From an uncultured Nitrospiraceae bacterium (GTDB taxonomy: Bacteria > Nitrospirota > Nitrospiria > Nitrospirales > Nitrospiraceae), in contig CAWJWJ010000002.1 of NCBI GenBank assembly GCA_963846575.1, positions 704,001 to 768,000 of the forward strand: 64,000 nucleotides of DNA, read 5' to 3'. The position numbers were made by a program, and so were the translations under genes. Below, piece after piece: positions 17,697 to 27,566 of this stretch; positions within the stretch are counted from its first letter, which is position 1, and every line of letters starts with the position of its first letter. The notes under the pieces are model-generated. The model saw only the letters and a program-made list of their open reading frames with translations. It ran no database searches and was not told where the DNA came from.

Positions 17697-19343
17697 TCAC
17701 CGCTGTAAGCCAGCGGCGTTGGATGAACGTACACACTGAAGAATGCCCGTCAGTGGAAGTGCGACCCAGTCCGGTCGATTGTTCAGTTCATAGGTGAGCT
17801 CATACAGGGCTTTGTCGAGGACGTGTACGTCCAACAGAAGCTGGAATTCTTGCTGAGACCGAGGCGAGAACGGCGCCTGACCGGCAATCGAGCCATAGCC
17901 GACGAGAAACGCCGTGCGGACAGACTGGTACCAATGTTCGGCCCAGGTGACCAGCCCCTGTCTCTCCGTCTCGGTCGTCGGAAGGGCAAGCCTTTGTCGT
18001 AATGCGGCATGGGAGGCATAATGGAATGAGCGCACCATTCCTGCGACATCCACTAGTGGAATGTGCTTGGCCCGGCGTTCGTGTAACGGCTTGGCTGGCT
18101 CGCCCTCAAAGTCAATGATGGCAAAATCTTTACCCGTATAGAGGACCTGTCCAAGATGATAGTCGCCGTGACAGCGGATACGCATCGCGGTGAGCGGTGC
18201 CTTCTTCAGGGATCCCAATCGTTCCAGAATGGCCTCTTCCTGTCCCAGCACCTGTCTCCCTTGCGCCTGATCCGATTCGCGGAGGGTAGACAATCTGTTA
18301 CGCAGCAATGCCAGGGCGGCGGTGGTCGCACGGCCCATGGCTTGAATGCGGGATTGCACATATGACGACACGCAGGGTTCAGGGGCGAAGGCCCGGTCAT
18401 TACTGGGCTGACCAAGCACCATGTGAAGCTCGCCCGTTCGGCATCCCAGCAGGCGCGCCTCATCAATAAAACCACCCAATGGGTCGATGGTATTGGGCGG
18501 GCGAGTCTGATCTCCAACGGAGAGGGACTCTGAGGGAATCTGTGCCGGGTCCGGCTCGGAAACTCTGTCCAGGTAACCGGCGAGCTGGGCCAGCGTGTAC
18601 TCCCATGCATTCCCCTGGTTGGAGATGAACCCTTGCGCAAGGGCCAGCGTGAGAGGTTCGCTGGTCTTCCGGGTGTATTCCAAGGCCCCGACCAGCGCCG
18701 GCGAATGATCGAAGTGACGAGCCGTGAGAGTCCGTCCGATTTCCAGTTCCGGGTTTGTCCCCGGTTCGACCCGGCGATAGAGCTTCATGATGACGCGATC
18801 GCCGAACTTCACCGACGTATTGCTTTGTTCGGCTTTCATAACGGAAATAGGGGTCGTCTCCCGGCTTACGGCTATCTCGTCGAACAGAGTCGTGGCCGAC
18901 CCCACTAACGTGCCTGCTGAGCCGTGAAGCTGATCCCGGTTGCCCATACTGGCCAGCAAGGCATAGGCGCAGTCTTTATTCCACATGGCATCGTACAGGA
19001 CCCCTCGTTGATGTCCCTGGGGACGGACCACGGTCAAGGAGCCGATGACCGCGTGTGCACAGTCGCGCGCCACTCGATCTGCCTCCTCCTCCAGGGCGGC
19101 GGTCATCGGGACTGTATAGGTGTCCGCACCTCCTTCGGTAAAGGAGACTTCGACGAACCCCAACATCAGCCTGGCGTATCCCAGGTCCAAGGGCAGGATC
19201 TCTGAAAAGCGGGCCGAGCATATGGACTTTGCCTTTCCCCCGAACCAACGGGATGACATCAGGAACGGGGGCAGCAGCGCCTCGACCTCACTGCGAGCGG
19301 GGCCCTCAAGGGCGCGTTCCCAATTGTCTTGGATCGTGATCAT
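17697..19343 (-). CDS. mak: maltokinase (Pep2/Mak)
   Basis: RWFGGK N-domain, AEQSNTS, KLYRR, HGDYHLGQVL, IIDFEGEP, KALYELTYELNNRPDW. Confidence 0.88.
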   Translation of the reverse strand: MITIQDNWERALEGPARSEVEALLPPFLMSSRWFGGKAKSICSARFSEILPLDLGYARLMLGFVEVSFTEGGADTYTVPMTAALEEEADRVARDCAHAVIGSLTVVRPQGHQRGVLYDAMWNKDCAYALLASMGNRDQLHGSAGTLVGSATTLFDEIAVSRETTPISVMKAEQSNTSVKFGDRVIMKLYRRVEPGTNPELEIGRTLTARHFDHSPALVGALEYTRKTSEPLTLALAQGFISNQGNAWEYTLAQLAGYLDRVSEPDPAQIPSESLSVGDQTRPPNTIDPLGGFIDEARLLGCRTGELHMVLGQPSNDRAFAPEPCVSSYVQSRIQAMGRATTAALALLRNRLSTLRESDQAQGRQVLGQEEAILERLGSLKKAPLTAMRIRCHGDYHLGQVLYTGKDFAIIDFEGEPAKPLHERRAKHIPLVDVAGMVRSFHYASHAALRQRLALPTTETERQGLVTWAEHWYQSVRTAFLVGYGSIAGQAPFSPRSQQEFQLLLDVHVLDKALYELTYELNNRPDWVALPLTGILQCVRSSNAAGLQR

Positions 19344-19368
19344 GGTGTTAGTTCCAGCGCCAGCTTCT

Positions 19369-21444
19369 CTACAGAAAATAATCGAAGTCCTGTTCTCGCC
19401 GCATGGTGCGCCGCACGGCAAAGATTTGTATCGGGACGGAATGGGGGTCAATCTGCACGTAATTCCGGGATCCCTGCCACTGATAATAGGCATGCGTCAG
19501 TAAGTCGTGGACTTGAAAGGGACGATCAGCTTGTACTCCCAGGGCGGTCAGGTCCAGATCGAGCCAGCCCGAATGCACATGATGTGGACTGAGGTTCACC
19601 ACGACGAGCACGACGTTCATGCCGTCCGGGGACTGTTTGCTATAGGCAATGAGCTGGTCATTGTCGACCGGATGAAAACGTAGACTTGCGTCATGCTGTA
19701 GCGCGGGATGATCGCGGCGTATACGATTGATCAGCGCAATAAATTCCCTGAGGCTGTCTGGCCTCGCGATGTCCCAATGACGGATTTCATATTTTTCGGA
19801 GTCCAGGTACTCCTCACTGCCGGGCTTCTGCGGACGGGCCTCGCAGAGTTCGAAGGCCGGTCCATAAATGCCATAACTGGCTCCAAGCGTGGCGGCGAGG
19901 CCGAGCCTGGCCATGAACGTCGGACGGCCGCCATGCTGCAGCTGTTCGGTCAAAATGTCGGGTGTATTCGGCCACAGGTTGGGTCGGAAATACTCCCGCA
20001 CCTCGGTGCGGGTCAGCTCCGTGAAATAGTCGGTCAATTCGGCCTTAGTGGCGCGCCAGGCAAAGTAGGTGTAGGACTGCGTGAACCCGATCTTCGCGAG
20101 GTGGTACATGACTTTCGGGCGCGTGAAGGCTTCAGCCAAGAAGATAAGGTCCGGATGCCGTTCCTTGAGGTCCGCAATCAGCCATTTCCAAAATAGGAAG
20201 GATTTCGTGTGCGGATTGTCGACCCGGAAGATGCGAATGCCGTGATCAATCCAGTGCTGCACCACTCTGCGAAGTTCCGTCCATAACTCACGATAGGCCG
20301 GACTTTCAAAATTGATCGGAAAGATATCCTGATATTGCTTGGGAGGATTTTCGGCAAACTGAATCGTGCCGTCCGGTCGCTGGGTAAACCACTCCGGATG
20401 GTCGGCGACATACGGATGGTCGGGAGAGCATTGGAAAGCGAGATCGAGAGCGATGTCGATTCCCTGGGCCTTGGCGGCGGTGACCAGGCGCCTGAAATCG
20501 TCTAACGTCCCGAGTTGACGATGGATAGCCGTATGGCCTCCATCGCGCGCGCCGATTGCCCAGGGACTGCCTACCGAATCGGCGTCGCCCCGGGGGTTGT
20601 TGTTGCGTCCCTTTCGGTGCGTTTTCCCGATGGGATGGATAGGAGGCAGATAGAGGATATCGAACCCCATTTCAGCCACATAGGAAAGACGTGTTTCACA
20701 ATCCCGAAATGTGCCGTGCGACTGATCCGGGGTGAGGGCAGAGCGTGGGAACATTTCGTACCACGCACTGAACCGTGCTTTGGGAGGGTCGACCACGACG
20801 GTGAGCTCCTTATCGTACGTGGTGGCCCATTGGCGATCCGCACAAGTTGCCATGACATTGGCCAGATCCTCTCCGAGGAGAATATCAATTTGAAGTTGCG
20901 ACTGACTTTCCGCCGATGAAAGGGTCTCGACAATGGCTTTCAGTCGACGTCCCGATTCTCCGGAGGCGCGGCCGAGCGCCTCCTCGACGAGGCGCCTCCC
21001 GATCACCAGATCCACGCTCACATCTGGCTGCACGCCGAGACGCTTGTGCATGTCGCGTTGCCAGGTGGCGAAATGATCGACCCAGCCCATCACTCCATAA
21101 TAATAGCGTCCCAGCTCTGTCGCCTTGAACGAAGCCTGCCACCGGTCGTTGGTGAGGAATTCGAGCGGCGTCTCCTGCCATTCTGTTTTCTGTGCATGCC
21201 GATAACGCAGAATCCCGCATACCACGTCGTGCCCGTCTGCAAACAGGTCCGCCTCGACGACGACTGTATCACCGACCACTCGCTTGACTGGGTACCGGCC
21301 ACCGTCGATCTCCGGTTCCAGATGTTCAATGGCGACTCTCCGCCGCCCGTCACTCATTGCGGACAGGGAGGGCATGGCGACCTCGGGGGCGACGCGTCCG
21401 GTCAATGCCTCATGTCTCTTATCTGGTGTTGGTGGCTTTTTCAT
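19369..21444 (-). CDS. glgE: alpha-1,4-glucan:maltose-1-phosphate maltosyltransferase
   Basis: WYEMFPRS, YLPPIHPIG, RKGRNN, QCSPDHP, AENPPKQYQDI, FRVDNPHTK, LAEAFTRP. Confidence 0.95.
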   Translation of the reverse strand: MKKPPTPDKRHEALTGRVAPEVAMPSLSAMSDGRRRVAIEHLEPEIDGGRYPVKRVVGDTVVVEADLFADGHDVVCGILRYRHAQKTEWQETPLEFLTNDRWQASFKATELGRYYYGVMGWVDHFATWQRDMHKRLGVQPDVSVDLVIGRRLVEEALGRASGESGRRLKAIVETLSSAESQSQLQIDILLGEDLANVMATCADRQWATTYDKELTVVVDPPKARFSAWYEMFPRSALTPDQSHGTFRDCETRLSYVAEMGFDILYLPPIHPIGKTHRKGRNNNPRGDADSVGSPWAIGARDGGHTAIHRQLGTLDDFRRLVTAAKAQGIDIALDLAFQCSPDHPYVADHPEWFTQRPDGTIQFAENPPKQYQDIFPINFESPAYRELWTELRRVVQHWIDHGIRIFRVDNPHTKSFLFWKWLIADLKERHPDLIFLAEAFTRPKVMYHLAKIGFTQSYTYFAWRATKAELTDYFTELTRTEVREYFRPNLWPNTPDILTEQLQHGGRPTFMARLGLAATLGASYGIYGPAFELCEARPQKPGSEEYLDSEKYEIRHWDIARPDSLREFIALINRIRRDHPALQHDASLRFHPVDNDQLIAYSKQSPDGMNVVLVVVNLSPHHVHSGWLDLDLTALGVQADRPFQVHDLLTHAYYQWQGSRNYVQIDPHSVPIQIFAVRRTMRREQDFDYFL

Positions 21445-22142
21445 AGGTGTGACAACTCGTCGGGTTTATGGTCTTGATGTCTGAAGCGGCGTTCGAGCGC
21501 GCCTCGCATGAGGTGTCGCGCGCCCAGGCCCACAGCTAGCGCGAGTGCAAATACGACACCGCCGAAGGTGATTGAAAAGGCCGCAATGACGATCTCCTTC
21601 GCGATCCCCAGCTGGGTCAATACCATTGCGAAGGTAAAGAGCAAGAGTCCCCATCGTACCAGGCCCGCGACAATGCGGGCTTCCTCCAGCTGCGCGTTCA
21701 CGGCAGCGATCAGCGACGCTTCGGCGAAGAAATTTGCACAGAGGACGCCGATGAGGAGTACGAGCGATGCGGCCAGGACATTGGGGAGAAAGGCGACGAT
21801 CTGGCTGATCAAATTGGCCGTGGCCGGCAAGTTCATGGCATCGACGCCCATAAAGGCGAATAAAAGAAAGACGATCCAAAAGAGGACTCTACTCACGACC
21901 AGGGAGACCGGTTGTCGAACGCCTGCCTGGGACAGCGGTTGGGCAATACCGAGACGCTCGCAGAAGGAGTCGAATTTAAATGTTTTGAGAACTCGCAGCG
22001 TTAAAACCCTGATAAACCACGCCGCGAGGAGTCCCAAGGCCAGAAAGGTGAGCAGCGCGAGCAGTCGTGGCAAGACCAGCACAATCTGCATGACGGTGTC
22101 ACGAAAGCCGGCGACCATCGTTTCTCTCCACAGGTCACTCAT
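21441..22142 (-). CDS. CmpX/MscS-type TM-helix membrane protein
   Basis: Repeated LPRLLA/LPNVLAA TM-helix motifs, LTQLGIA, ALALAVGLG; GGAGG RBS before ATG 22142. Confidence 0.78.
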   Translation of the reverse strand: MSDLWRETMVAGFRDTVMQIVLVLPRLLALLTFLALGLLAAWFIRVLTLRVLKTFKFDSFCERLGIAQPLSQAGVRQPVSLVVSRVLFWIVFLLFAFMGVDAMNLPATANLISQIVAFLPNVLAASLVLLIGVLCANFFAEASLIAAVNAQLEEARIVAGLVRWGLLLFTFAMVLTQLGIAKEIVIAAFSITFGGVVFALALAVGLGARHLMRGALERRFRHQDHKPDELSHL

Positions 22143-23457
22143 CGTGCCACCTCCATTGTTGAACCAGATACGGTTTCGAGCGCTCGAACTGACCGCAGAG
22201 GGCTTCCACCGTTCTGTCCACCTGTGTCCCATCGCCGTGCTGGGTTTCCAGGACAAACGAGGCGGTGCGTCCCAAGTAGAGCGGTGTCAGTGATTTCAGC
22301 ATGTGCTCCCGATGCAAGGTTTGGTCGTGATAGGCCAGGGCGAAATCATACACGGTCTGCACCCACAGAGCCGGGGGAAAGCGGAAGTCTTCGGGGTCCT
22401 GCATGTCAAGCGCGAGGATCTGGCCCAAGGTATCTCGAGAAAGGATCAGCTCCCACAGCGGGAGCAGGTCTCGCAACCCTTGTTTGAATCCGCTGACCAT
22501 GCGACCGGTCTGTAACGGACCGGCGTCGGGCGCCGCTTCGGGTGTGCCATAGATCGGCACGTCGACGGAGGACTTTGTCCGTTCCCAGGAAGATTCGTAT
22601 TCCTCCATGGAGTGGAAAATTCCTCCGACGGTTTGTGCCAGGACGACGGACAGATCGACGGCCCCGATCTTGGTGTCTTGATCCCGGGCGCCAAGAAAGG
22701 TATGACAAACGTGATAATCGCCTGCCAGAGCAGCGGCTGTGATCCAGCCGTCGACACTGAATTTGCCCGTGGTCCCAGTCCAAGTCGACCGGCTGGAGAG
22801 CTCACGTGCGAATGTCCCCGAGAGTGCGTAGGCCCCTCCGCTTGGGTATCGTAATCGTTTGCCGTAGAGCGCACGTGTGAGCGGGTACAGCAGATTGGTC
22901 ACCAAAGTCCCTTCGTAACGGTGACGTCGGTAGAGCGGGACCACATAATCCTGCCCTGATTCGAAGATCGGCCTGGCCAGTTGATCGATCCAGGCAGGGC
23001 TGATCGAGCGAAGCTGCCCTTCGAGGATCAGGCATACCTTGGGTTGAAGTTGCTCGGCGGCCCGGCAGAAATTCCGGATCGCTTCATCTCGTCCGGGAAA
23101 CCCGGACTCCCTGGTCAGATTAGCGTAGGTGCTCGCGGCATTTGACATCGTACGGACGGGGATGAGGCCCGCGGCAATGCGATCGATGAGGCCGGACGTC
23201 CCGTCTTGCGACCCGGCGTCACAATTTACGAGAAGAGCCGGGGCATCAGGGAACGATTGCCGCAGTCCGTCCACTATGGATTTTACGAGTGATTCAATGG
23301 TGCCGGCATTGTTGAGTGTCAGCAGGCCAACCATGAGATCGATGGACTCCGTGGGCGGCTTGCCATCCGATCCGGCTGGTCCTACCGTCGCATCCGGGTG
23401 TATCGCCATATCCGTGTCACTGCTCCCGCCCTGCGGCGTTGAGATTAAGGTCGTCAT
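22135..23457 (-). CDS. glucosylglycerate/mannosylglycerate synthase-like GT-A protein, catalytic motifs degenerate
   Basis: DAGSQDGT, LRSISPAW, PLYRRH, YPLTRALYG, PLYLGRTASF match the family; the DxD position reads EGQ. Confidence 0.72.
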   Translation of the reverse strand: MTTLISTPQGGSSDTDMAIHPDATVGPAGSDGKPPTESIDLMVGLLTLNNAGTIESLVKSIVDGLRQSFPDAPALLVNCDAGSQDGTSGLIDRIAAGLIPVRTMSNAASTYANLTRESGFPGRDEAIRNFCRAAEQLQPKVCLILEGQLRSISPAWIDQLARPIFESGQDYVVPLYRRHRYEGTLVTNLLYPLTRALYGKRLRYPSGGAYALSGTFARELSSRSTWTGTTGKFSVDGWITAAALAGDYHVCHTFLGARDQDTKIGAVDLSVVLAQTVGGIFHSMEEYESSWERTKSSVDVPIYGTPEAAPDAGPLQTGRMVSGFKQGLRDLLPLWELILSRDTLGQILALDMQDPEDFRFPPALWVQTVYDFALAYHDQTLHREHMLKSLTPLYLGRTASFVLETQHGDGTQVDRTVEALCGQFERSKPYLVQQWRWHDE

Positions 23458-23473
23458 GGGTCCGGCGGTGCCG

Positions 23474-24676
23474 TCAGGAAGGGGATAACAGCTTTAATAA
23501 TGTGAGGTCATCGCTCAATTGCCGGGTGATGAGAAAATTGCGACGCACATGTTCGCGCGCCATGCCTCCCATTCTGTTCATGAGCCCGGGATTGTTCAGC
23601 AGATGACGAATCCGGAATGCGGCCCCCTCGACAGAATGGACCACGTATCCTGTAACTCCGTCGACGACTTGAGCGGCAATCCCCCCGGCCGTGCTTCCCA
23701 CGACGGGCTTCCCCTTCCACATCGCTTCCGACACGGTCAAACCGAACCCTTCCTTGATGGACTTCTGGAGCGCGACGGTTGCGCTCCGCTGCAGGGCGTT
23801 GATTTCAAGGTCCGCTTCGGGAGGAAGCTGGATGATATGAATATCGGGATCGTCTCCGACCGCCTCGTGGAGTTCTGCCAGGACCGCCTCGCCTTCTGGA
23901 TCGTGCATGACGCCGCTGCCGGCCAGAACCAGCTGGCAGTCGTGGTGCTTTTTGACCAGGCGGAAGACTTTGACGGCGCCGAACGGATCTTTGAACCGGT
24001 CGTAGCGGCCGACCTGTAGGACCATCGGCTTGGTCCGGTTGATGCCGAGTCGATCAAGCACTTGTGTAATCTCTGATCGGCTCATTTCTCGGTTTTTTGG
24101 ACTTAATGGATCGATAGAGGGGTAGATCAGAAACTTGGGAATCGGGAGGCGTTGCGCAAATCCTGACAGCGAGAATATCGCGGCGTCATACTTCAGGACA
24201 GAGCGTCGGAGAAAGGTCCACGCCGGCCGCTGAGGCTGTGCCAGATCCAAATGACAACGCCACAGCCAACAGCCGTTGGTTCGGTAGTCAACCAGGCCGG
24301 CCGGTTGATGGTCGTGAACCATGACCATGTCTGCGTCGAGTTTCAAGGCCTTGGCGTTTCTCTCGATGATGCTGGAATACGTCTGATACATTTCGGCGGT
24401 GAGTTTTTCGTCTCGCCCCTGAAGGGCGTTCAACATGCGATTGACAACAATAAAATACTCCTGGGTGCCGGCCAGAACTTCCCATCGTGCGTCGACACCC
24501 AGGGACACCATCATCGGAACCAATCGGCGGAGCACTTCCGAAATGCCGCCGCCGTAGCGGACCGCGTTGAGATGTAGGAAGCTTTTCCCCTTGACCAGGT
24601 CGCTTAATCGGTAGAGGAAATCGACGGTGCCTTTCGGTGATACCTCGCGATATTCGTCCAATGCAGAGTTCACCAC
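23474..24676 (-). CDS. treT: trehalose glycosyltransferring synthase (GT4, TreT-like)
   Basis: GGGISEVL, HDHQP, WRCHLD, PSIDPLS.KN, QKSIKEGFGLTVSEAMWK. Confidence 0.85.
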   Translation of the reverse strand: MVNSALDEYREVSPKGTVDFLYRLSDLVKGKSFLHLNAVRYGGGISEVLRRLVPMMVSLGVDARWEVLAGTQEYFIVVNRMLNALQGRDEKLTAEMYQTYSSIIERNAKALKLDADMVMVHDHQPAGLVDYRTNGCWLWRCHLDLAQPQRPAWTFLRRSVLKYDAAIFSLSGFAQRLPIPKFLIYPSIDPLSPKNREMSRSEITQVLDRLGINRTKPMVLQVGRYDRFKDPFGAVKVFRLVKKHHDCQLVLAGSGVMHDPEGEAVLAELHEAVGDDPDIHIIQLPPEADLEINALQRSATVALQKSIKEGFGLTVSEAMWKGKPVVGSTAGGIAAQVVDGVTGYVVHSVEGAAFRIRHLLNNPGLMNRMGGMAREHVRRNFLITRQLSDDLTLLKLLSPS

Positions 24677-24722
24677 TTTCCCTCCACTTCAGAATCGACC
24701 GCCAACAGCCTCATCTGCTTCA

Positions 24723-26402
24723 TCAGATGGCACTCCATTCCATGCTGTAAGGGCTGGCTCCCGACCGCAGGGCCGGCAGATGTAACCAATAGGAACTGTA
24801 GGGGCCCAAAGTCAACACATAGGGCCGCTCGGTAATCACCGGGAAACGTGATTCCCCGAACAATTCTTCCGGAACAACGTCTTTGTACCGACTAAGATCG
24901 AGTTCCACAGCCTGGGCCGATTCAGCAAGGTTATGAACGAGCAACACCGTCTGTTGTTCGTAGGTCCGGAGGTAGACCAGCACTTTTTCGTTCGTCGGGC
25001 TGAGGAACTCTAAAGTCCCGCGCCCAAACACCTTACGCTTCTTGCGGATGGAGATCATCCGCTTCATCCAGTTCAGCAGAGAATGGGTCGCCTGCTTCTG
25101 GGCCTCGATGTTGACCGATTGGTACCCGTAGACCGCGTCGGCGACCACGGGAAGAAACAATTGTGCGGGGTCCGCTTTGGAAAAACCGGCGTTGCGATCG
25201 GCGGTCCAATGCATCGGCGTGCGAACTCCATTGCGGTCTCCGAGGTGAATGTTGTCTCCCATGCCGATTTCATCGCCGTAGTAGATGATGGGGCTTCCCG
25301 GCAGCGTGAAAACGATACTGTTCAGGAGTTCCACCTTCCGCCGGTCATTCTCCAGCAGGGGAGCCAAACGGCGGGAAATGCCGATATTCCGACGCATTTG
25401 AGGGTCGCGAGCATAGGCATAGTACATGTAATCGCGTTCCTCACCGGTACACATTTCGAGGGTCAGCTCATCGTGGTTGCGTAAGAACAGGCACCACTGG
25501 CAGGCCGCCGGTATCTCAGGGGTGTGTTTGAACATGTCGATGATCGGCTGGCGATCCTCGCTCCGTACACCCATGAACAGGCGAGGCATGAGCGGGAAGT
25601 GGAAGGCCATATGGAATTCATCGCCGTCACCGAAATACGGGCGTACGTCGCTGGGCCATTGATTGGCCTCCGCCAGGAGCACGCGCCCTTTATACCGCTG
25701 ATCAATGCTACTGCGAATCTCTTTGAGGTACTCATGGGTTTCCGGCAGGTTTTCGCAGATGGTGCCTTCGCGCTCAAAGAGATAGGGCACGGCATCACAT
25801 CGGAACCCATCCAATCCCTGATCGAGCCAGTATTCCATGACCTGAACCATGGCCCGTCGGACCTCGGGATTGTCGTAATTGAGATCCGGCTGATGACTGA
25901 AGAAGCGGTGCCAGAAATAGGCGTGAGCTTCCGGATCCCATGTCCAGTTGGACTTTTCGGTATCGATAAATATGATCCGTGCGCGAGGATACTTCCGGTC
26001 TGTGTCACTCCAGACATAATAGTGCCTGGTCGGGGCGTCTGCGGCGGCTTTGGCCGCTTGAAACCAGGCGTGCTGGTCGGAGGTGTGGTTCAGGACCAGG
26101 TCGACGATCACCCGCATGCCGCGCCGGTGGGCTTCATCCAGGAGGCGGCGGAAATCTTCCATCGTGCCGTAGGACGGGGCAATGTTGCGAAAGTCCGCCA
26201 CGTCGTATCCGTCATCGCGCAAGGGCGAGGGATAAAACGGAAGCAGCCAGAGGCAGTCCACGCCTAACCATTCCAGATAATCGAGCTTTTGTATCAGCCC
26301 GGCAAAATCGCCCACCCCGTCGTCATTACCGTCAAAAAATGCACGGACATGGAGTTCATAAAACACGGCGTCTTTGTACCAGAGAGGATCCTGATTCAGC
26401 AT
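24723..26402 (-). CDS. treS: trehalose synthase / maltose alpha-D-glucosyltransferase
   Basis: [53 protein letters not shown]. Confidence 0.96.
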   Translation of the reverse strand: MLNQDPLWYKDAVFYELHVRAFFDGNDDGVGDFAGLIQKLDYLEWLGVDCLWLLPFYPSPLRDDGYDVADFRNIAPSYGTMEDFRRLLDEAHRRGMRVIVDLVLNHTSDQHAWFQAAKAAADAPTRHYYVWSDTDRKYPRARIIFIDTEKSNWTWDPEAHAYFWHRFFSHQPDLNYDNPEVRRAMVQVMEYWLDQGLDGFRCDAVPYLFEREGTICENLPETHEYLKEIRSSIDQRYKGRVLLAEANQWPSDVRPYFGDGDEFHMAFHFPLMPRLFMGVRSEDRQPIIDMFKHTPEIPAACQWCLFLRNHDELTLEMCTGEERDYMYYAYARDPQMRRNIGISRRLAPLLENDRRKVELLNSIVFTLPGSPIIYYGDEIGMGDNIHLGDRNGVRTPMHWTADRNAGFSKADPAQLFLPVVADAVYGYQSVNIEAQKQATHSLLNWMKRMISIRKKRKVFGRGTLEFLSPTNEKVLVYLRTYEQQTVLLVHNLAESAQAVELDLSRYKDVVPEELFGESRFPVITERPYVLTLGPYSSYWLHLPALRSGASPYSMEWSAI

Positions 26403-26405
26403 CGA

Positions 26406-27080
26406 TTAGACCTTTGCCGAATCGCCGGCGAGGAATTCGTCGCAGGCGGTAATAAGTTTGGAGCGTAACCGTTCAAGACTTCCCTGGTAGGGGTTGATTG
26501 CGCGAATGCAATCGGCCAGTTTCAACAGGCCGAGACTCGAACGTATCCAAGCGGAGAAATCGTTCTCCTCGCGTCCGAGGCGGAAACGAGCTTCGAACAT
26601 GTGATAATAAATCGTACTGACATCGATGTCGGCCACCCGGTCGCGGAACTCTTGCAGGGTGCGCGCTTCCAACCCGATCGGGACCTCTAGAATTCGCGAT
26701 CGCTTGAAATGAAACGGCTGGCCGAACACAACCCGGGGAATGATCGGTGAGCGAGACAGATGGTCGTCGATGATGGAAATAATTTCTTCTCGAAGGTTCT
26801 CTAGGTCAGGGTAATCAAAGGGGTCGATAATCGCCAGTCGTTCCCCTAAGACGTGATCACCGACTTGAAGTACGACCCATTGGGCGAAATCGTTCGGATA
26901 AGCCCCTTCAATCAAGCCATGCCTAAGAAAATAGCTATGGGTATGGAAGTGAATGGAATCTAACGGAACTTCTTCGATCAGTTCCGCCAATTCTTTTTCA
27001 TCATCCGCTTGATGGGCTATGCTTTCCTGTAACTCGCTGCAACCAATGAACGTAAAGGGGGCCTCCGCGATGTTTGTCAC
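26406..27080 (-). CDS. DUF5752-like protein (TreT-associated, internally duplicated)
   Basis: PFTF...SIHFH...NDFAQWV repeated as PFHF...TIYYH...NDFSAWI; first gene of the operon. Confidence 0.75.
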   Translation of the reverse strand: MTNIAEAPFTFIGCSELQESIAHQADDEKELAELIEEVPLDSIHFHTHSYFLRHGLIEGAYPNDFAQWVVLQVGDHVLGERLAIIDPFDYPDLENLREEIISIIDDHLSRSPIIPRVVFGQPFHFKRSRILEVPIGLEARTLQEFRDRVADIDVSTIYYHMFEARFRLGREENDFSAWIRSSLGLLKLADCIRAINPYQGSLERLRSKLITACDEFLAGDSAKV

Positions 27081-27566
27081 TCTCTGTTACCCTTTCATTT
27101 GTGAGAAGTCGGCAAAAGCGAGGCTGCCCGCCGTCGGCAGGAGTGAGCCGTCCACAGCAACTGCTCATTTTTTTTGTGCCTGAGACGCATCTTACTATAA
27201 TTCCATGACGGAGGCATCAAGGCTAGTAAAAGACCTAGCTGATACTAGAGTGTCTTCCTGGTATTGGTTACACGATGCTCCACCTCACCCGAACGGCTTT
27301 CCGTGTCATACACGCCACCATTTGGATGGAGTGAGTGTCAACATCGCCGTGCGGCACGCAGGTATCGGGTCGTCACCTGCCAGGGGCAGGCAGGACCTCT
27401 CGCTCTTCCCATCACGACGGTGAACACCGCAGGAAATCGCATGACAAAGAGTCTGAGCCGGGTTGAGCCCCACGGTCTATTTAAGGTCGTTCACCAAGAG
27501 GTCATCATTACATCAGACTAATGTTGTGATATAGGATGTCGTCCGCCGCATCAAATCTGTCCACCT

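Noticed and set aside
27205..27521. Short ORFs in the gap between the trehalose operon and the GT2 gene
   Set aside because: No motifs or convincing starts; most likely a divergent promoter region.
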